Below are positions 18,885 through 28,864 of a stretch of DNA of 64,000 bases, piece by piece. The notes under the pieces were generated by a model. The model saw only the letters and a list, made by a program, of their open reading frames with translations, was not told where the DNA came from and searched no databases. The translations under genes were made by a program, and so were the position numbers. Source of the stretch: Meiothermus sp. (lineage in GTDB: Bacteria; Deinococcota; Deinococci; Deinococcales; Thermaceae); NCBI GenBank assembly GCA_033762915.1, contig JANRLD010000010.1:18801-82800 (forward strand), read 5' to 3'. Within the stretch, counting starts at the first letter, position 1. Every line of letters begins with the position of its first letter.

Positions 18885-19391
18885 ATGGCAACCATCAAGG
18901 TAGCCCAGGGCGACATCACCGAGTTCCGGGGCGACGCCATCGTGAACGCCGCCAACAACGGGCTTATCTTGGGCTCTGGGGTGGCGGGAGCCATCCACCG
19001 CAAGGGCGGGCCCGAGATCCAGGAGGAGTGCCGGCGGCACGGGAAGATCAGGGTGGGTCAGGCCGCCCTCACCGGAGCGGGGCGGCTGCCGGTGCGCTAC
19101 GTGATCCACGCGGCGGCGATGGGCGACGAGCCCGCAACCCTCGAGACGGTGCGGAGTTCGACCCGTGACGCGCTGCGGTTGGCCCTGGAGAAGAACCTCA
19201 AAACCATAGCTTTTCCGCTGCTCGGCACCGGCGTGGCGCGGCTGCCGCTCGAGCCCGTCGCTGCGGCCATGATCGAGGAATTCAATAGGGTCGGGGACGA
19301 TCTCGAGGTCACCCTCTACGGCTTCCGCGCCGACGACGTGGCCGCGATTGGGCGGGCGCTGGCGTATGCTCTGGGGCGTGAGTCAAGCTGA
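18885..19391 (+). CDS. Macro domain (ADP-ribose binding / O-acetyl-ADP-ribose deacetylase) protein
   Basis: [30 protein letters not shown]. Confidence 0.92.
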   Translation: MATIKVAQGDITEFRGDAIVNAANNGLILGSGVAGAIHRKGGPEIQEECRRHGKIRVGQAALTGAGRLPVRYVIHAAAMGDEPATLETVRSSTRDALRLALEKNLKTIAFPLLGTGVARLPLEPVAAAMIEEFNRVGDDLEVTLYGFRADDVAAIGRALAYALGRESS

Positions 19392-20628
19392 ACTCGAGCG
19401 CCAGCTCCGCGCCGCCGTAGACAACCCGAACCTGCCGCTCTCGAGCCTCGCCGTCGCGGTCATCAAAGGCGGCGAGCTGGCCTATATCAACGCCTTCGGG
19501 CATCGTCGTTTCGACCCCGACCTGCCCGCCAACCTGGACTCCCGCTACCGCGTGGCCTCCATCTCCAAGCTGGTGATGAGCCTGGGGGTGATGAAGCTGT
19601 GGGAGGGCGGGCAGCTCGAGCTTGACCGCGACGTGGGCGACTACCTCGGCTTCCCACTGCGCAATCCGGCCTTCCCCGAGGCCCCCATCACCGCCCGGAT
19701 GCTGCTCAACCACACCGGCAGCCTGCGCGACGGCAACCTCTACTCCATCCCCACGCCCTACACCCTGCGCGACTTCTTCTTGCCCGAGGGCCGGTTCTAT
19801 AACAGCGCCGAGCACTTCGAGGCGGCCCACCCGCCGGGCGCCTTTTTTTGCTACACCAACCTGAGCTTCGGGGTGCTGGGGACGGTCATCGAGCGCGTCA
19901 CCGGCCGGCGCTTCGACCTGTACATGGAGGACGAAATCCTTAGGCCGCTGGGCATCGGCGGGGGCTATAACATCACCCGCTTGCCCGAGGCGGATAACCT
20001 GGCGACCCTGTACCGAAAACTCGAGGGCGACACCTGGAACCCGGCGGGGGCCTGGCAACCCCAGGTGGACGACTGGGGCGGCCAACCCCCCACCCACATC
20101 CGTCTGCAGAACCCCGACGTCGGGGGCGACCCCAGGGTGAGCGTAGACCTCGAGGGCTACGTCATCGGCTCCAACGCCACCTTCTTCTCGCCGCAAGGCG
20201 GGCTGCGGGCCTCGGTGAAGGAGTTGGTGAAGGTGGCCCAGCTGTTCTTAAACCGGGGCGCAGGGCTGCTCAGGCCGGAGACCCTCGAGGCGATGCTGGC
20301 CGAGGAGTGGACCTACGACGGCGGCAACGGCGACACCCACAGCGGCCTGATGCGCAGCTGGGGCCTGAGCGTCCAGCGCTTTTTGGGGGTCAAGGACGCC
20401 GAGGGCGGCGACCTCCTGGCAGACCGGGGCGGCCTGCCCCTCTACTACGGCCACCTGGGCGACGCCTACGGCCTGCTGAGCTGCCTGGCCTTCGACCCCA
20501 AGCACCGCAACGCCTTGATCTACATCGTTGGCGGGGTGGGCAACGACCCCTTCGCGGTGCGGGGGGGGTACTCGAGGTTCACCCCGCCCGAAGAGGCCGT
20601 GCTGACAGCACTGTACGGCCTGCTGTGA
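19378..20628 (+). CDS. Serine hydrolase, beta-lactamase family
   Basis: ASISK (SxxK), YTN, GHLG motifs. Confidence 0.88.
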   Translation: MSQAELERQLRAAVDNPNLPLSSLAVAVIKGGELAYINAFGHRRFDPDLPANLDSRYRVASISKLVMSLGVMKLWEGGQLELDRDVGDYLGFPLRNPAFPEAPITARMLLNHTGSLRDGNLYSIPTPYTLRDFFLPEGRFYNSAEHFEAAHPPGAFFCYTNLSFGVLGTVIERVTGRRFDLYMEDEILRPLGIGGGYNITRLPEADNLATLYRKLEGDTWNPAGAWQPQVDDWGGQPPTHIRLQNPDVGGDPRVSVDLEGYVIGSNATFFSPQGGLRASVKELVKVAQLFLNRGAGLLRPETLEAMLAEEWTYDGGNGDTHSGLMRSWGLSVQRFLGVKDAEGGDLLADRGGLPLYYGHLGDAYGLLSCLAFDPKHRNALIYIVGGVGNDPFAVRGGYSRFTPPEEAVLTALYGLL

Positions 20629-20662
20629 GTGCATACCCGGCAACCGGTAAACTATCCTCCGT

Positions 20663-21595
20663 ATGCCCGCCCGCAAAGTCATCCTCGACTGCGACCCCGG
20701 CCACGACGACGCCATAGCGATGATGCTCGCGCTGGCCAGCCCCGAACTCGAGGTGCTGGGGGTCACGACCGTCTACGGCAACGTGGGCCTGGAGCGCACC
20801 ACCCGCAACGCCCTGGTGATTCGGGAGATCATCGGGGCGCAGGTGCCCATCTACGCCGGGGCCGACCGGCCGCTGGTACGCGAGCGCATCAGCGCGGAGT
20901 CGGTACACGGGGTCTCAGGCCTCGAGGGGCCACACCTGCCGGTACCCACAGGCACCACAGAGCCCCAGCACGCGGTGCAGTTCATCATCGAGCAGGTCCT
21001 CAGGCACCCCAATCAGGTCAGCCTGGTCCCCACCGGCACCCTGACCAACCTCGCGCTGGCCATGCGCCTCGAGCCGCGCATCGTGCCGCTGATCCGCGAG
21101 ATCGTGCTGATGGGCGGCTCGATCGACATCGGCAACTGGTCGCCCTCGGCCGAGTTCAACATCCTCTGCGATCCCCACGCCGCCCGGGTGGTGTTCGGGG
21201 CGGGCGTTCCGCTGACCATGTTGGGCCTCAACCTGACCCACCAGACCCCTGCCATCCCCGCGCGCATCGCCCGCTTCAGGGATTTGGGAACCAAGGTGGG
21301 GGAGTTCACCGCAGAGCTGCTCGAGTTCTTCCGCCAGCACCACAAGGAGCGCTACGACTGGGACGGGGCCCCCATTCACGACGCCTGCGCGGTGGCCTAC
21401 CTGGTCCGGCCCGAGCTGATCAAGACCAAGTTCCTGCACGTGGAGGTCGAGGCCAACGAGGGCCTGGCCTACGGGCGCACCGTGGCCGACTTCTGGCGCG
21501 TGACGGGCAAGCAGCCCAACTGCGAAGTCGGGATGGAGATTGACGTGGAGGGGTTCTACGATTTGCTGGTGGAGCGAATCGGGACGTACGGGTAG
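20663..21595 (+). CDS. Inosine/uridine-preferring nucleoside hydrolase
   Basis: DCDPGHDD, AEFNI, PIHDACAV. Confidence 0.93.
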   Translation: MPARKVILDCDPGHDDAIAMMLALASPELEVLGVTTVYGNVGLERTTRNALVIREIIGAQVPIYAGADRPLVRERISAESVHGVSGLEGPHLPVPTGTTEPQHAVQFIIEQVLRHPNQVSLVPTGTLTNLALAMRLEPRIVPLIREIVLMGGSIDIGNWSPSAEFNILCDPHAARVVFGAGVPLTMLGLNLTHQTPAIPARIARFRDLGTKVGEFTAELLEFFRQHHKERYDWDGAPIHDACAVAYLVRPELIKTKFLHVEVEANEGLAYGRTVADFWRVTGKQPNCEVGMEIDVEGFYDLLVERIGTYG

Positions 21596-21715
21596 GCCCG
21601 GCCGGGGAGGGGTAAGGAGACAGCCCGTTGGGTACGCTCCCGTTGCTGCGTGTTCGCCTTTTGCACCGGCCTCCCGCTTCCCGCTTCCCGCCTCCCGCTA
21701 TAAGCTAGACCCACT

Positions 21716-22612
21716 ATGGGCATCGTGGTCGTCGGCAGCTTGAACATGGACATGGTGGTGCAGGTGCGCAAGCACCCGGTTCCGGGCGAGACTGTGCTGG
21801 GCTCGGACTACGAGACCCACCACGGTGGCAAGGGGGCCAACCAGGCGGTGGCGGCGGCGCGGATGGGCGCCAAGGTGCGGATGATCGGGCGGGTGGGCAC
21901 CGACGAGTTCGGCAAGCGGCTGCGGACCGGCCTGCAGCGCGAGGGCATCAACGTCCACGCCGTGGTGCCGATGGCGGTACCGACCGGCGTGGCCTTCATC
22001 GCGGTGAGCGAGGACAGCCAGAACACCATCATCGTCTCGCCGGGGGCCAACCATAAGCTGCGCCCGGAGAACCTGGTGGCCTCGGAGTTCGACGACGCTT
22101 CCGCTGTGGTGATGCAGCTCGAGGTGCCCCTGGACACTGTGAAGAAGGCCGCCCAGTTGGGCCGCGCGGCCGGGGCCAAGATCATCCTCAACGCCGCGCC
22201 CGCCCAGAAGCTCTCGGAGAAGTTCCTGTCCCTCATAGATGTGCTGGTAGTCAACGAGAGCGAGGCCTGCGCACTGGCGGGCTGTACCGTGGACGCGCCC
22301 GCGAACGCCGCGGACGCCGCCAAGGCGCTGCAGCTCTACTGTCCCACGGTCGTCGTCACCCTGGGCGAGCAGGGCGCGGTCTGGGTAAGCCCCGACGGCG
22401 AGGGCCACCAGCCCGCCTTCGAGGTCGAGGAGGTGGACTCCACCGGCGCGGGTGATGCCTTCATCGGGGCGCTGGCGGCGGCCATCTGCGAGGGGCAGGA
22501 CATCGCCACCGCCGTGCGCTGGGGCTGCGCGGCAGGCTCGCTGGCGACCTCGAGGGCCGGGGCCCAGCCCTCGCTGCCCGTGCGCCAAGAGGTCATGGGC
22601 CGGCTAGGTTAG
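21716..22612 (+). CDS. rbsK: Ribokinase
   Basis: GSLNMD, GGKGANQAVAAAR, DSTGAGDAF. Confidence 0.92.
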   Translation: MGIVVVGSLNMDMVVQVRKHPVPGETVLGSDYETHHGGKGANQAVAAARMGAKVRMIGRVGTDEFGKRLRTGLQREGINVHAVVPMAVPTGVAFIAVSEDSQNTIIVSPGANHKLRPENLVASEFDDASAVVMQLEVPLDTVKKAAQLGRAAGAKIILNAAPAQKLSEKFLSLIDVLVVNESEACALAGCTVDAPANAADAAKALQLYCPTVVVTLGEQGAVWVSPDGEGHQPAFEVEEVDSTGAGDAFIGALAAAICEGQDIATAVRWGCAAGSLATSRAGAQPSLPVRQEVMGRLG

Positions 22613-23203
22613 CCAGCCGATCAGCACCGTCAGCGCCACCGCCCCGATGGCCGCCGTGGTGGGGAGCGCCCGGTGTGGGGCATGGGCCTGCAGCCCGCCA
22701 TACAGCACCCAGAGCATCGGGGGCAAGCAGAGCGCCACGCAGACCTGCATTACCCGGTGAATCGGTGCGGACTGCACGGCGGCCTGGTAGAGCCGCAGCC
22801 ACGCCTCGAGGCCCGAAACGTCGGTTGCGGGGGGGCGCGGCGGCAGGCTGTCGGGGATTGGCAGCAGCAGGGCCAGCATCCCCCAGACCCCCATGATCGC
22901 CAGCGCCGGGGCACAGACCCAGCCCGCCAGTTCCCAACCCTTGGCCTCCCAGCCCGCCAGCACCAGGATGGCCGCCCCCAGCCCCAGCCACAGCACGAAC
23001 CCCAGCCCGGCCCCCAGCAGCGCCCCCACAACCAGCTGCACCGGCAGCGAGAGCTGGTTGTCAAACTCCCGCGCCATCAGCACACTGCCCGAAAACACCA
23101 CCACCCCCAGGGCCGCGCACAGCCCCAGCCCCTTGCGCCAGTCGGGGTCGTGGGCCTGTAGGTTTCGGAAGAACCCTCGAGGCCGGGTAAACAGTTCGAT
23201 CAT
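22604..23203 (-). CDS. YIP1-like membrane protein
   Basis: LFTRPRGFF N-terminus and about 5 TM helices. Confidence 0.6.
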   Translation of the reverse strand: MIELFTRPRGFFRNLQAHDPDWRKGLGLCAALGVVVFSGSVLMAREFDNQLSLPVQLVVGALLGAGLGFVLWLGLGAAILVLAGWEAKGWELAGWVCAPALAIMGVWGMLALLLPIPDSLPPRPPATDVSGLEAWLRLYQAAVQSAPIHRVMQVCVALCLPPMLWVLYGGLQAHAPHRALPTTAAIGAVALTVLIGWLT

Positions 23204-23284
23204 CAGCGCTACGATAACAGCCCCGGGGCCAAAATGAGCCTTCCAACGTTGAGCCTTTCGCCGTTTGCCTTTAGCCTATACCCA

Positions 23285-24358
23285 GTGCAACTGATTCGCC
23301 TGCGGCAGAAAAACTTTCGCAACCTCAGCACCCCCGTCTTCACCCCGGCCAAGGGCCTCACCACCGTGGTGGGCGGCAACGCCCAGGGCAAGACCAACCT
23401 GCTCGAGGCCATCGAGCTGGTGCTGGGCGGCGAGCTGCGCAACGGCCTGCTGGAGCGTGTCCGCTTCGGTGAGGGCGAGGCCTGGGTTCACGCCGAGGTC
23501 GACACCCAGTTTGGCAACAGCAGGCTCGAGGTCAAGTTCAGCCGCGAGGGCAAGGAGCACAAGCTCAACGAGAGCCCGGCCAGCCTGCGCGAGCTGGCCC
23601 AGCTCCCCGGCGCGGTGCTGCTGGGGCCGGACGACCTCGAGCTGGTGCTGGGCGGCCCCGAGGAGCGGCGCAGGTTCCTGGATCTGCTGCTCTCGAGGTT
23701 CTCGGCCCGCTACCGGCAGATGCTGGGGCAGTACAGCCGGGCCCTGCAGCAGAGAAACGCGGTGCTTAAGAGCGCGTTTACCAGGGGGCGCGGCCGCAGC
23801 GAAGGCGAGGGCGCACCCAGCGCGATTCAGTCCTCCATCGGCATCTGGAACGCCGAGCTGGTTAAGTACGGCTCCGAGATTCTGAGCCTGCGCCGCCGCA
23901 TGCTAACCAAGCTGACCCCACTGGCCCGGGAGGCCTACGCCGAGCTGGCCCCCGGAACCCTGGGCCTCGAGCCCTTCGAGACGGTGAGCCCGGAGCGCTT
24001 CCTGGGGGCGCTGGAGGACAACCTGCAGGACGACCTCCAGCGCGGCGTGACCGGCATCGGCCCCCACCGCGACGACCTGATGGTGCTGCTCGAGGGCCGC
24101 GAGGCCATCAAGTTCGGCAGCCGGGGCGAGTGCCGCAGCATCGCCCTGGCGCTGCGCCTGGCCGAGCACCGCCTGCTCTGGCAGCACTACGACGAAGCTC
24201 CCCTATTGCTGGTAGACGAGTGGCACTCCGAGCTGGACGCCCGGCGACGCGGGGCCCTGCTGGCCTACGCCCAGAGCCTGCCCCAAGCCATTCTGGCGGG
24301 CCTCGAGACGCCCGGCAGCGGGGCAGTGGTGGAGATCGAGGCGGGGGTGTGGGGATGA
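23285..24358 (+). CDS. recF: DNA replication/repair protein RecF
   Basis: NFRN, GGNAQGKTNLLEAI, PEERRRFLD, GPHRDDL, LLLVDE. Confidence 0.95.
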   Translation: MQLIRLRQKNFRNLSTPVFTPAKGLTTVVGGNAQGKTNLLEAIELVLGGELRNGLLERVRFGEGEAWVHAEVDTQFGNSRLEVKFSREGKEHKLNESPASLRELAQLPGAVLLGPDDLELVLGGPEERRRFLDLLLSRFSARYRQMLGQYSRALQQRNAVLKSAFTRGRGRSEGEGAPSAIQSSIGIWNAELVKYGSEILSLRRRMLTKLTPLAREAYAELAPGTLGLEPFETVSPERFLGALEDNLQDDLQRGVTGIGPHRDDLMVLLEGREAIKFGSRGECRSIALALRLAEHRLLWQHYDEAPLLLVDEWHSELDARRRGALLAYAQSLPQAILAGLETPGSGAVVEIEAGVWG

Positions 24359-24420
24359 GGTTTGCTCAGCCTTAGCTGAGCGCTTCGACCAGCCTACACC
24401 GGGGCCCAGGAGGTGAGCCT

Positions 24421-24591
24421 GTGCAAGTCGACGGTACAGCTTGAGGTGGTGATTTCCGCGTGGCCGAAATCCGCAAGGCCGGGCAAGCCATAGAGGTTCG
24501 GACCCTGGCCCGGTATGCTGAGACACTAGGATACAAACTCGAGATTTCGTTCGTCGCCAAAGACGGCGGAAAGCGACTGGTGGAAAAATGA
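24421..24591 (+). pseudogene. Decayed XRE/HTH (antitoxin-like) gene remnant
   Basis: AGGAGG then GTG, in-frame TGA at codon 8, then IEVRTLARYAETLGYKLEISFV, which resembles an XRE C-terminus. Confidence 0.5.
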
Positions 24592-24878
24592 AACTCCAAC
24601 TCCGCACCTACACCATCAACAAGGGACAGCTCGAGCAGTTCACCCACGACTTCAACCACAAGATCAAGGCCGCCCGGGAGTCGGTTGGGTTCAAGGTGCT
24701 GGGGGCCTGGACGGTGCCCGCCACCAATCAGTTTGTGTGGATCATGGGCCTGGATAGCGGCCTGGACTGGGAGAAGCACGACAAGGCCTACTTCGACTCC
24801 GAGGCCAGACGGGCCATGCAGCCCGACCCTGGTCTAGTGATCGCCCGAATGGAGAACCACTTTATCGAGGAGGCGTGA
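24588..24878 (+). CDS. NIPSNAP family protein
   Basis: QLRTYTINKGQL...GFKVLGAW...NQFVWI. Confidence 0.8.
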   Translation: MKLQLRTYTINKGQLEQFTHDFNHKIKAARESVGFKVLGAWTVPATNQFVWIMGLDSGLDWEKHDKAYFDSEARRAMQPDPGLVIARMENHFIEEA

Positions 24879-25350
24879 TCTCGAGGGGCTTCTCGAGCCT
24901 AAGCACCACGCAGTCGTTGGCGTAGGTGCGCTCGGGCAGCACGATCAGCACGTTGGCGGCTCGCTCCGCGAGGGCGAAGGGCGCGTGGTGCCAGACCCCA
25001 GGGCGGATGGCCACGAAGGTGCCGCAGGGGACCCGGAAGACCCGGAAGGTCTCGGGCACCGCGCCGGACCCGGTGGCGGTGGCGAAGTGCAGAAGCACGT
25101 CGGCGTCGAGCGGCAGGATGCCCTCGCCGGTGCGAGAGTGGTACTCGGTGATGTCGATCAACAAGGGGCGCGGCTCGACCCGGCAAACCGAGAACGACGG
25201 AGCTCCCTGGCCCAGCTCGAGCTGCACCATGTCGCGGAAGAACTCGATGGGCGGCGCGCCGAACTTGGTCGCGCCGGGATTGACCATCTGGGCGTAGCTG
25301 CCGAAGGGCGCAAAGCCCTCCATTGTGAGTTCCTCAATTTGGATCGCCAT
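24862..25350 (-). CDS. Ureidoglycolate lyase (AllA) family cupin
   Basis: LTMEGFAPFG, EYH, GVWHHAPF. Confidence 0.8.
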   Translation of the reverse strand: MAIQIEELTMEGFAPFGSYAQMVNPGATKFGAPPIEFFRDMVQLELGQGAPSFSVCRVEPRPLLIDITEYHSRTGEGILPLDADVLLHFATATGSGAVPETFRVFRVPCGTFVAIRPGVWHHAPFALAERAANVLIVLPERTYANDCVVLRLEKPLEITPPR

Positions 25351-25373
25351 GCGGTATAGATTATCTTGAAGTC

Positions 25374-25769
25374 ATGAGTCCTGACGCAGCCGCCGACGCG
25401 AGGCGCACCCTGGTCTGGTCGGCGCTGCTGGCGCTGGCCATCCTCTCCCTTGTGGTGCTAATGCTCTCCGCCGTGACCCTGGTGCAGCTCCTGCCCCACG
25501 CGGCGCGCCTGACCAACGAGACCGGCATCGTGACCCTGCCCTCGGGCATGAAGGCCAACGCCGACCTCTTCCGCGTGAGCGTCCCCGCCTTCGCGCTGTC
25601 GCTGGGTCTGGCGGCGGCCTCGGTGTGGGGTCTGCTGTGGTTCAAGAAGCAGTGGGCCGCCGAGCCTGTGGCGGCCAAGTCCGCCAAGCCGGGCAAGGCG
25701 GCCCAGGCCAAGCCAGGAAAGGCAGCACCCAAATCCAGCCAGGGCGGCAAGAAAAAGCGGAGAAAGTAG
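25374..25769 (+). CDS. Hypothetical membrane protein with Lys-rich tail
   Basis: Two TM helices, basic C-terminus. Confidence 0.65.
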   Translation: MSPDAAADARRTLVWSALLALAILSLVVLMLSAVTLVQLLPHAARLTNETGIVTLPSGMKANADLFRVSVPAFALSLGLAAASVWGLLWFKKQWAAEPVAAKSAKPGKAAQAKPGKAAPKSSQGGKKKRRK

Positions 25770-25871
25770 CTGGTGGGTCGGGCGCTGTGCTGAATGCCCC
25801 GTGCCCGTCAGTAGACCTCGAGGCACCGACTCTTTGGGGGCAGCGCAGCGCGCCTTACGGTGCGACCAACC

Positions 25872-26360
25872 CTACCGCGTATAGCTCCACGAGACGGGCT
25901 GCCCGCCCTGGTAGGGCATTACGCCGTGGAAGGGACGGGGGTCGGGGTCGAAGACCAGCGGCAGGAAGTGCCGGTCGCCCGGCCAGACCGGGAGCCTCAG
26001 GCCCACCAGGTCGGCCACCGGGTGCCACTCCAGCCGCCCCTCGTGGTTCTGGCCGCTCGCCTCGCCCGACCAACGGGTGATCAGGAAGATGAACCCGAAC
26101 CAGTCCTCCCCGTGCTTTCCAAAGCCCGGCCAGGAGAGCGTGCCGCGCAGCTCCATCTCGGTGGCTTCAATTCCGGCCTCCTCTTTCAGCTCGCGCCGCA
26201 TCCCCGCCGCCACGTCCTCCCCGGCCTCGAGCTTCCCCCCCAGGCCGTTGTACTTGCCCAGCGCGGGGTCGTCCGGCCTCGAGCGGTAGATCAGCAGCAC
26301 CCGCTCCCGGTCGGGCGAGAGCACGTAGCCGAGGGTGGCGAGGATGGGGGTGTAGGGCAT
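25872..26360 (-). CDS. NUDIX hydrolase (8-oxo-dGTP diphosphatase-like)
   Basis: GGKLEAGEDVAAGMRRELKEEAG Nudix box. Confidence 0.9.
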   Translation of the reverse strand: MPYTPILATLGYVLSPDRERVLLIYRSRPDDPALGKYNGLGGKLEAGEDVAAGMRRELKEEAGIEATEMELRGTLSWPGFGKHGEDWFGFIFLITRWSGEASGQNHEGRLEWHPVADLVGLRLPVWPGDRHFLPLVFDPDPRPFHGVMPYQGGQPVSWSYTR

Positions 26361-26427
26361 CGAAGTGGGGCGGAAGGGAGGCAAGAAATCGAAGGCTTTC
26401 GGGTTTCTGCTCGGTTTGCCCCTGGGA

Positions 26428-27306
26428 TTATCCGCGCCTTGTCCGTCCGTCCAGCGTCATCACCGGGCCGTACAGATCGGGGCGGCGGTCGCGGAAGAAG
26501 CCGAATCCGGCGCGGAATTTTCTGGCCTCGAGCAGGTTCAGGTCGGCGTACAAGATGGCCTCCTCGCTGCGGCCCGCCTCGGCCAGCTTGTTGCCCATGT
26601 AGTCGACGATGAAGGAGCTGCCGTAGTAGCTCTGGGTGTGGCCCTCCACGGTCTCGGTGCCGATGCGGTTGGCGGCCCCCAGGTAGCAGAGGTTGGCCAC
26701 GGCGTGGCCGATCATCACCCGCTGCCACATCTCCTTGGTATCGAGCTGGGCGATATTCGAGGCCGCCGGCTCGGTGCCGATGGCGGTCGGGTAGAGCAGC
26801 ACCTCCGCACCCAGCAACGCCATGCTGCGGGCGCACTCGGGATACCACTGGTCCCAGCAGATGCCCGCCCCCACCGTCCCGATGGGCGTCCCGAAGGCCT
26901 TGAAGCCGGTGTCGCCGGGGTTGAAGTAGTACTTCTCCTCATAGCCGGGGCCGTCGGGGATGTGCGACTTGCGGTAGACGCCCAGGATTTCCCCCCGGTC
27001 GATCATGGCCAGGCTGTTGTAGTGGGCCTGGCCGGCCCGCTCGAAGAAGGAGAGCGGCAGCACCACGCCCAGCTCCCGGGCCAGGCGCTGGAACTCGGGG
27101 ATGAAGGGGTGGTTGTCTACCGGGTTGGCCCACTCGAAATAGGTTTCCCCCTCGACCTGACACCAGTACAGGTTCTCGAACAGCTCGGGCAGCAGGATCA
27201 GGTTCGCGCCGTTCTGGGCGGCCTCGCGCACCCGCTCGAGGCCCTTGTTCACGTTCTCGTCGCGCACGGCGGACATGGACATCTGGATTACGGCGAGTTT
27301 GGTCAT
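26428..27306 (-). CDS. aguB: N-carbamoylputrescine amidase
   Basis: PELF, YRKSHIPDGPGYEEKYYF, ICWDQWYPE; adjacent to agmatine deiminase. Confidence 0.93.
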   Translation of the reverse strand: MTKLAVIQMSMSAVRDENVNKGLERVREAAQNGANLILLPELFENLYWCQVEGETYFEWANPVDNHPFIPEFQRLARELGVVLPLSFFERAGQAHYNSLAMIDRGEILGVYRKSHIPDGPGYEEKYYFNPGDTGFKAFGTPIGTVGAGICWDQWYPECARSMALLGAEVLLYPTAIGTEPAASNIAQLDTKEMWQRVMIGHAVANLCYLGAANRIGTETVEGHTQSYYGSSFIVDYMGNKLAEAGRSEEAILYADLNLLEARKFRAGFGFFRDRRPDLYGPVMTLDGRTRRG

Positions 27307-27383
27307 GACAGCTCCTTGCTTCGGTGCGGGTGTCGGCTGAATCGTAGCTTTCCGTTTTGCTGAGGGCTGACGGCCAGTGGCCG

Positions 27384-28412
27384 TCAGCCCTCTCCTCTCC
27401 AAATTTCCCCTGCCGGCTGCTGCTGGGTCACACAGTGGAAGGAGCCGCCGCCCGTGATCAAGGCCCGGCTGCTGAGGCCAATGACCTGGCGACCCGGGAA
27501 GAGCGGCCGGAGGATCTCCAGCGCGAGGGCGTCGTTGGGGTCGCCGTAGGTCGGAACCAGCACAGCTCCGTTGGCGATGTAGAAGTTGGCGTAGGTGGGG
27601 GGCAGGCGGGTCTCGGCGTCGAGCCAGAGGGGGTTCTTGGGGATTGGCAGGGTGGCGACGCGGAATCCGCCGAGGCTCCGGAGGGTCTCGAGGTTCTCCT
27701 GCAAGACGCGGTGGTTCGCATCCGACTCATCCTCGCAGACCGCTGTCACGATGGTGTCCTCGGAGGTGAAGCGGCTGATGGTGTCAATGTGCCCGTCGGT
27801 GTGGTCGCCCTCCATGCCCTGATTCAGCCAGATCAGGTTGTCTACGCCCAGGTACTTATACAGATAGTCCTCGATGCCCTCCTCGTCCAGTTGCGGGTTG
27901 CGCTCGGGCGAGAGCAGGCACTGGCGGGTGGTGAGGCAGACCCCCAGGCCGTTGACCTCGAGGCTCCCCCCCTCCATCACGATGCCCGCGTCGAAGCTCG
28001 AGGCCCCCAGGTATCTGGCCATGTGCAGCGGCATCTGGTCGTCGAGGTCGGCGTCGTACTTGTTGCCCCAGCCGTTGAAGACCCAGTTGACCGGGGCCAC
28101 CCGGCCCTCGCGGTCGGTCACGAAGATCGCCCCGGAGTCGCGCAGCCAGAGGTCGTTGTGCGGAATGCGGTGCAGGGTGATGTTGCCCTTGAGCCGCGCC
28201 CCGGCGTCGCGCTCGGACTCCTCGTCGGCGACCACCAGGTGCACCGGCTCGAACTGCGCCAGGGTGTTGACAAATGCGGCGAACTCCCGGCGGACGGGCT
28301 CGAGCCAGCCCACCCACTTCTCGTCGTCGAAGGGCCAGGCCGTCCAGGTGGCGGCGTGGGGGCTCCACTCGGCGGGCATGGCAAACCCAAGGGAACGGGG
28401 GGTCTTCTCCAC
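27384..28412 (-). CDS. aguA: Agmatine deiminase
   Basis: MPAEW, WLRDSG, EGGS, DHTDGHID, GGGSFHCVTQQQP. Confidence 0.93.
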   Translation of the reverse strand: MEKTPRSLGFAMPAEWSPHAATWTAWPFDDEKWVGWLEPVRREFAAFVNTLAQFEPVHLVVADEESERDAGARLKGNITLHRIPHNDLWLRDSGAIFVTDREGRVAPVNWVFNGWGNKYDADLDDQMPLHMARYLGASSFDAGIVMEGGSLEVNGLGVCLTTRQCLLSPERNPQLDEEGIEDYLYKYLGVDNLIWLNQGMEGDHTDGHIDTISRFTSEDTIVTAVCEDESDANHRVLQENLETLRSLGGFRVATLPIPKNPLWLDAETRLPPTYANFYIANGAVLVPTYGDPNDALALEILRPLFPGRQVIGLSSRALITGGGSFHCVTQQQPAGEIWRGEG

Positions 28413-28547
28413 AAGTGTTCAAGTCTAGCACAAGAGGGAACAGGGGTCAGGGGTTAGGGCGCCGAACAACGCAAGGGGGCCGAGGGCTAGGCCGAAAGCC
28501 AACCGCCGCCTACCGTTCCCCCTCCCCGCCTGCTGTACAATCTCCCC

Positions 28548-28781
28548 ATGCCCCAACTCTTTAACGCCGACACCGGCGCGCACATCGGCGAGATTTCCGA
28601 GAGCCAGCTCGAGTTCCTCAGCGCCCAGATGGAAGAAGAATCCGCCGAAGACCAGGACTACTACCTGAACGCCGACCTGCTCGAGACCTGGCGCGAGAGC
28701 GGCGCCGACCCGGCACTGCTGGAACTGCTGGTCCGGGCGATGGGCGGGGCGGAAGACCTGAGCGTCAAGTGGTCGAGGTGA
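28548..28781 (+). CDS. Small acidic hypothetical protein
   Basis: TACAAT just before ATG; EEESAEDQDYYL motif. Confidence 0.75.
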   Translation: MPQLFNADTGAHIGEISESQLEFLSAQMEEESAEDQDYYLNADLLETWRESGADPALLELLVRAMGGAEDLSVKWSR

Positions 28782-28864
28782 GCTAAGAGGGGCTCGTGGT
28801 TGGTGGCTTGTGGCCAGTAGTTCCCCACAAGCCGCAGGCCGCGGGCCGCCAGCCCTATACACTT

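Noticed and set aside
24442..24444. In-frame TGA as selenocysteine or programmed read-through
   Set aside because: Not at a Cys-equivalent catalytic site, no convincing SECIS, and the HTH N-terminus is missing; decay is more likely.
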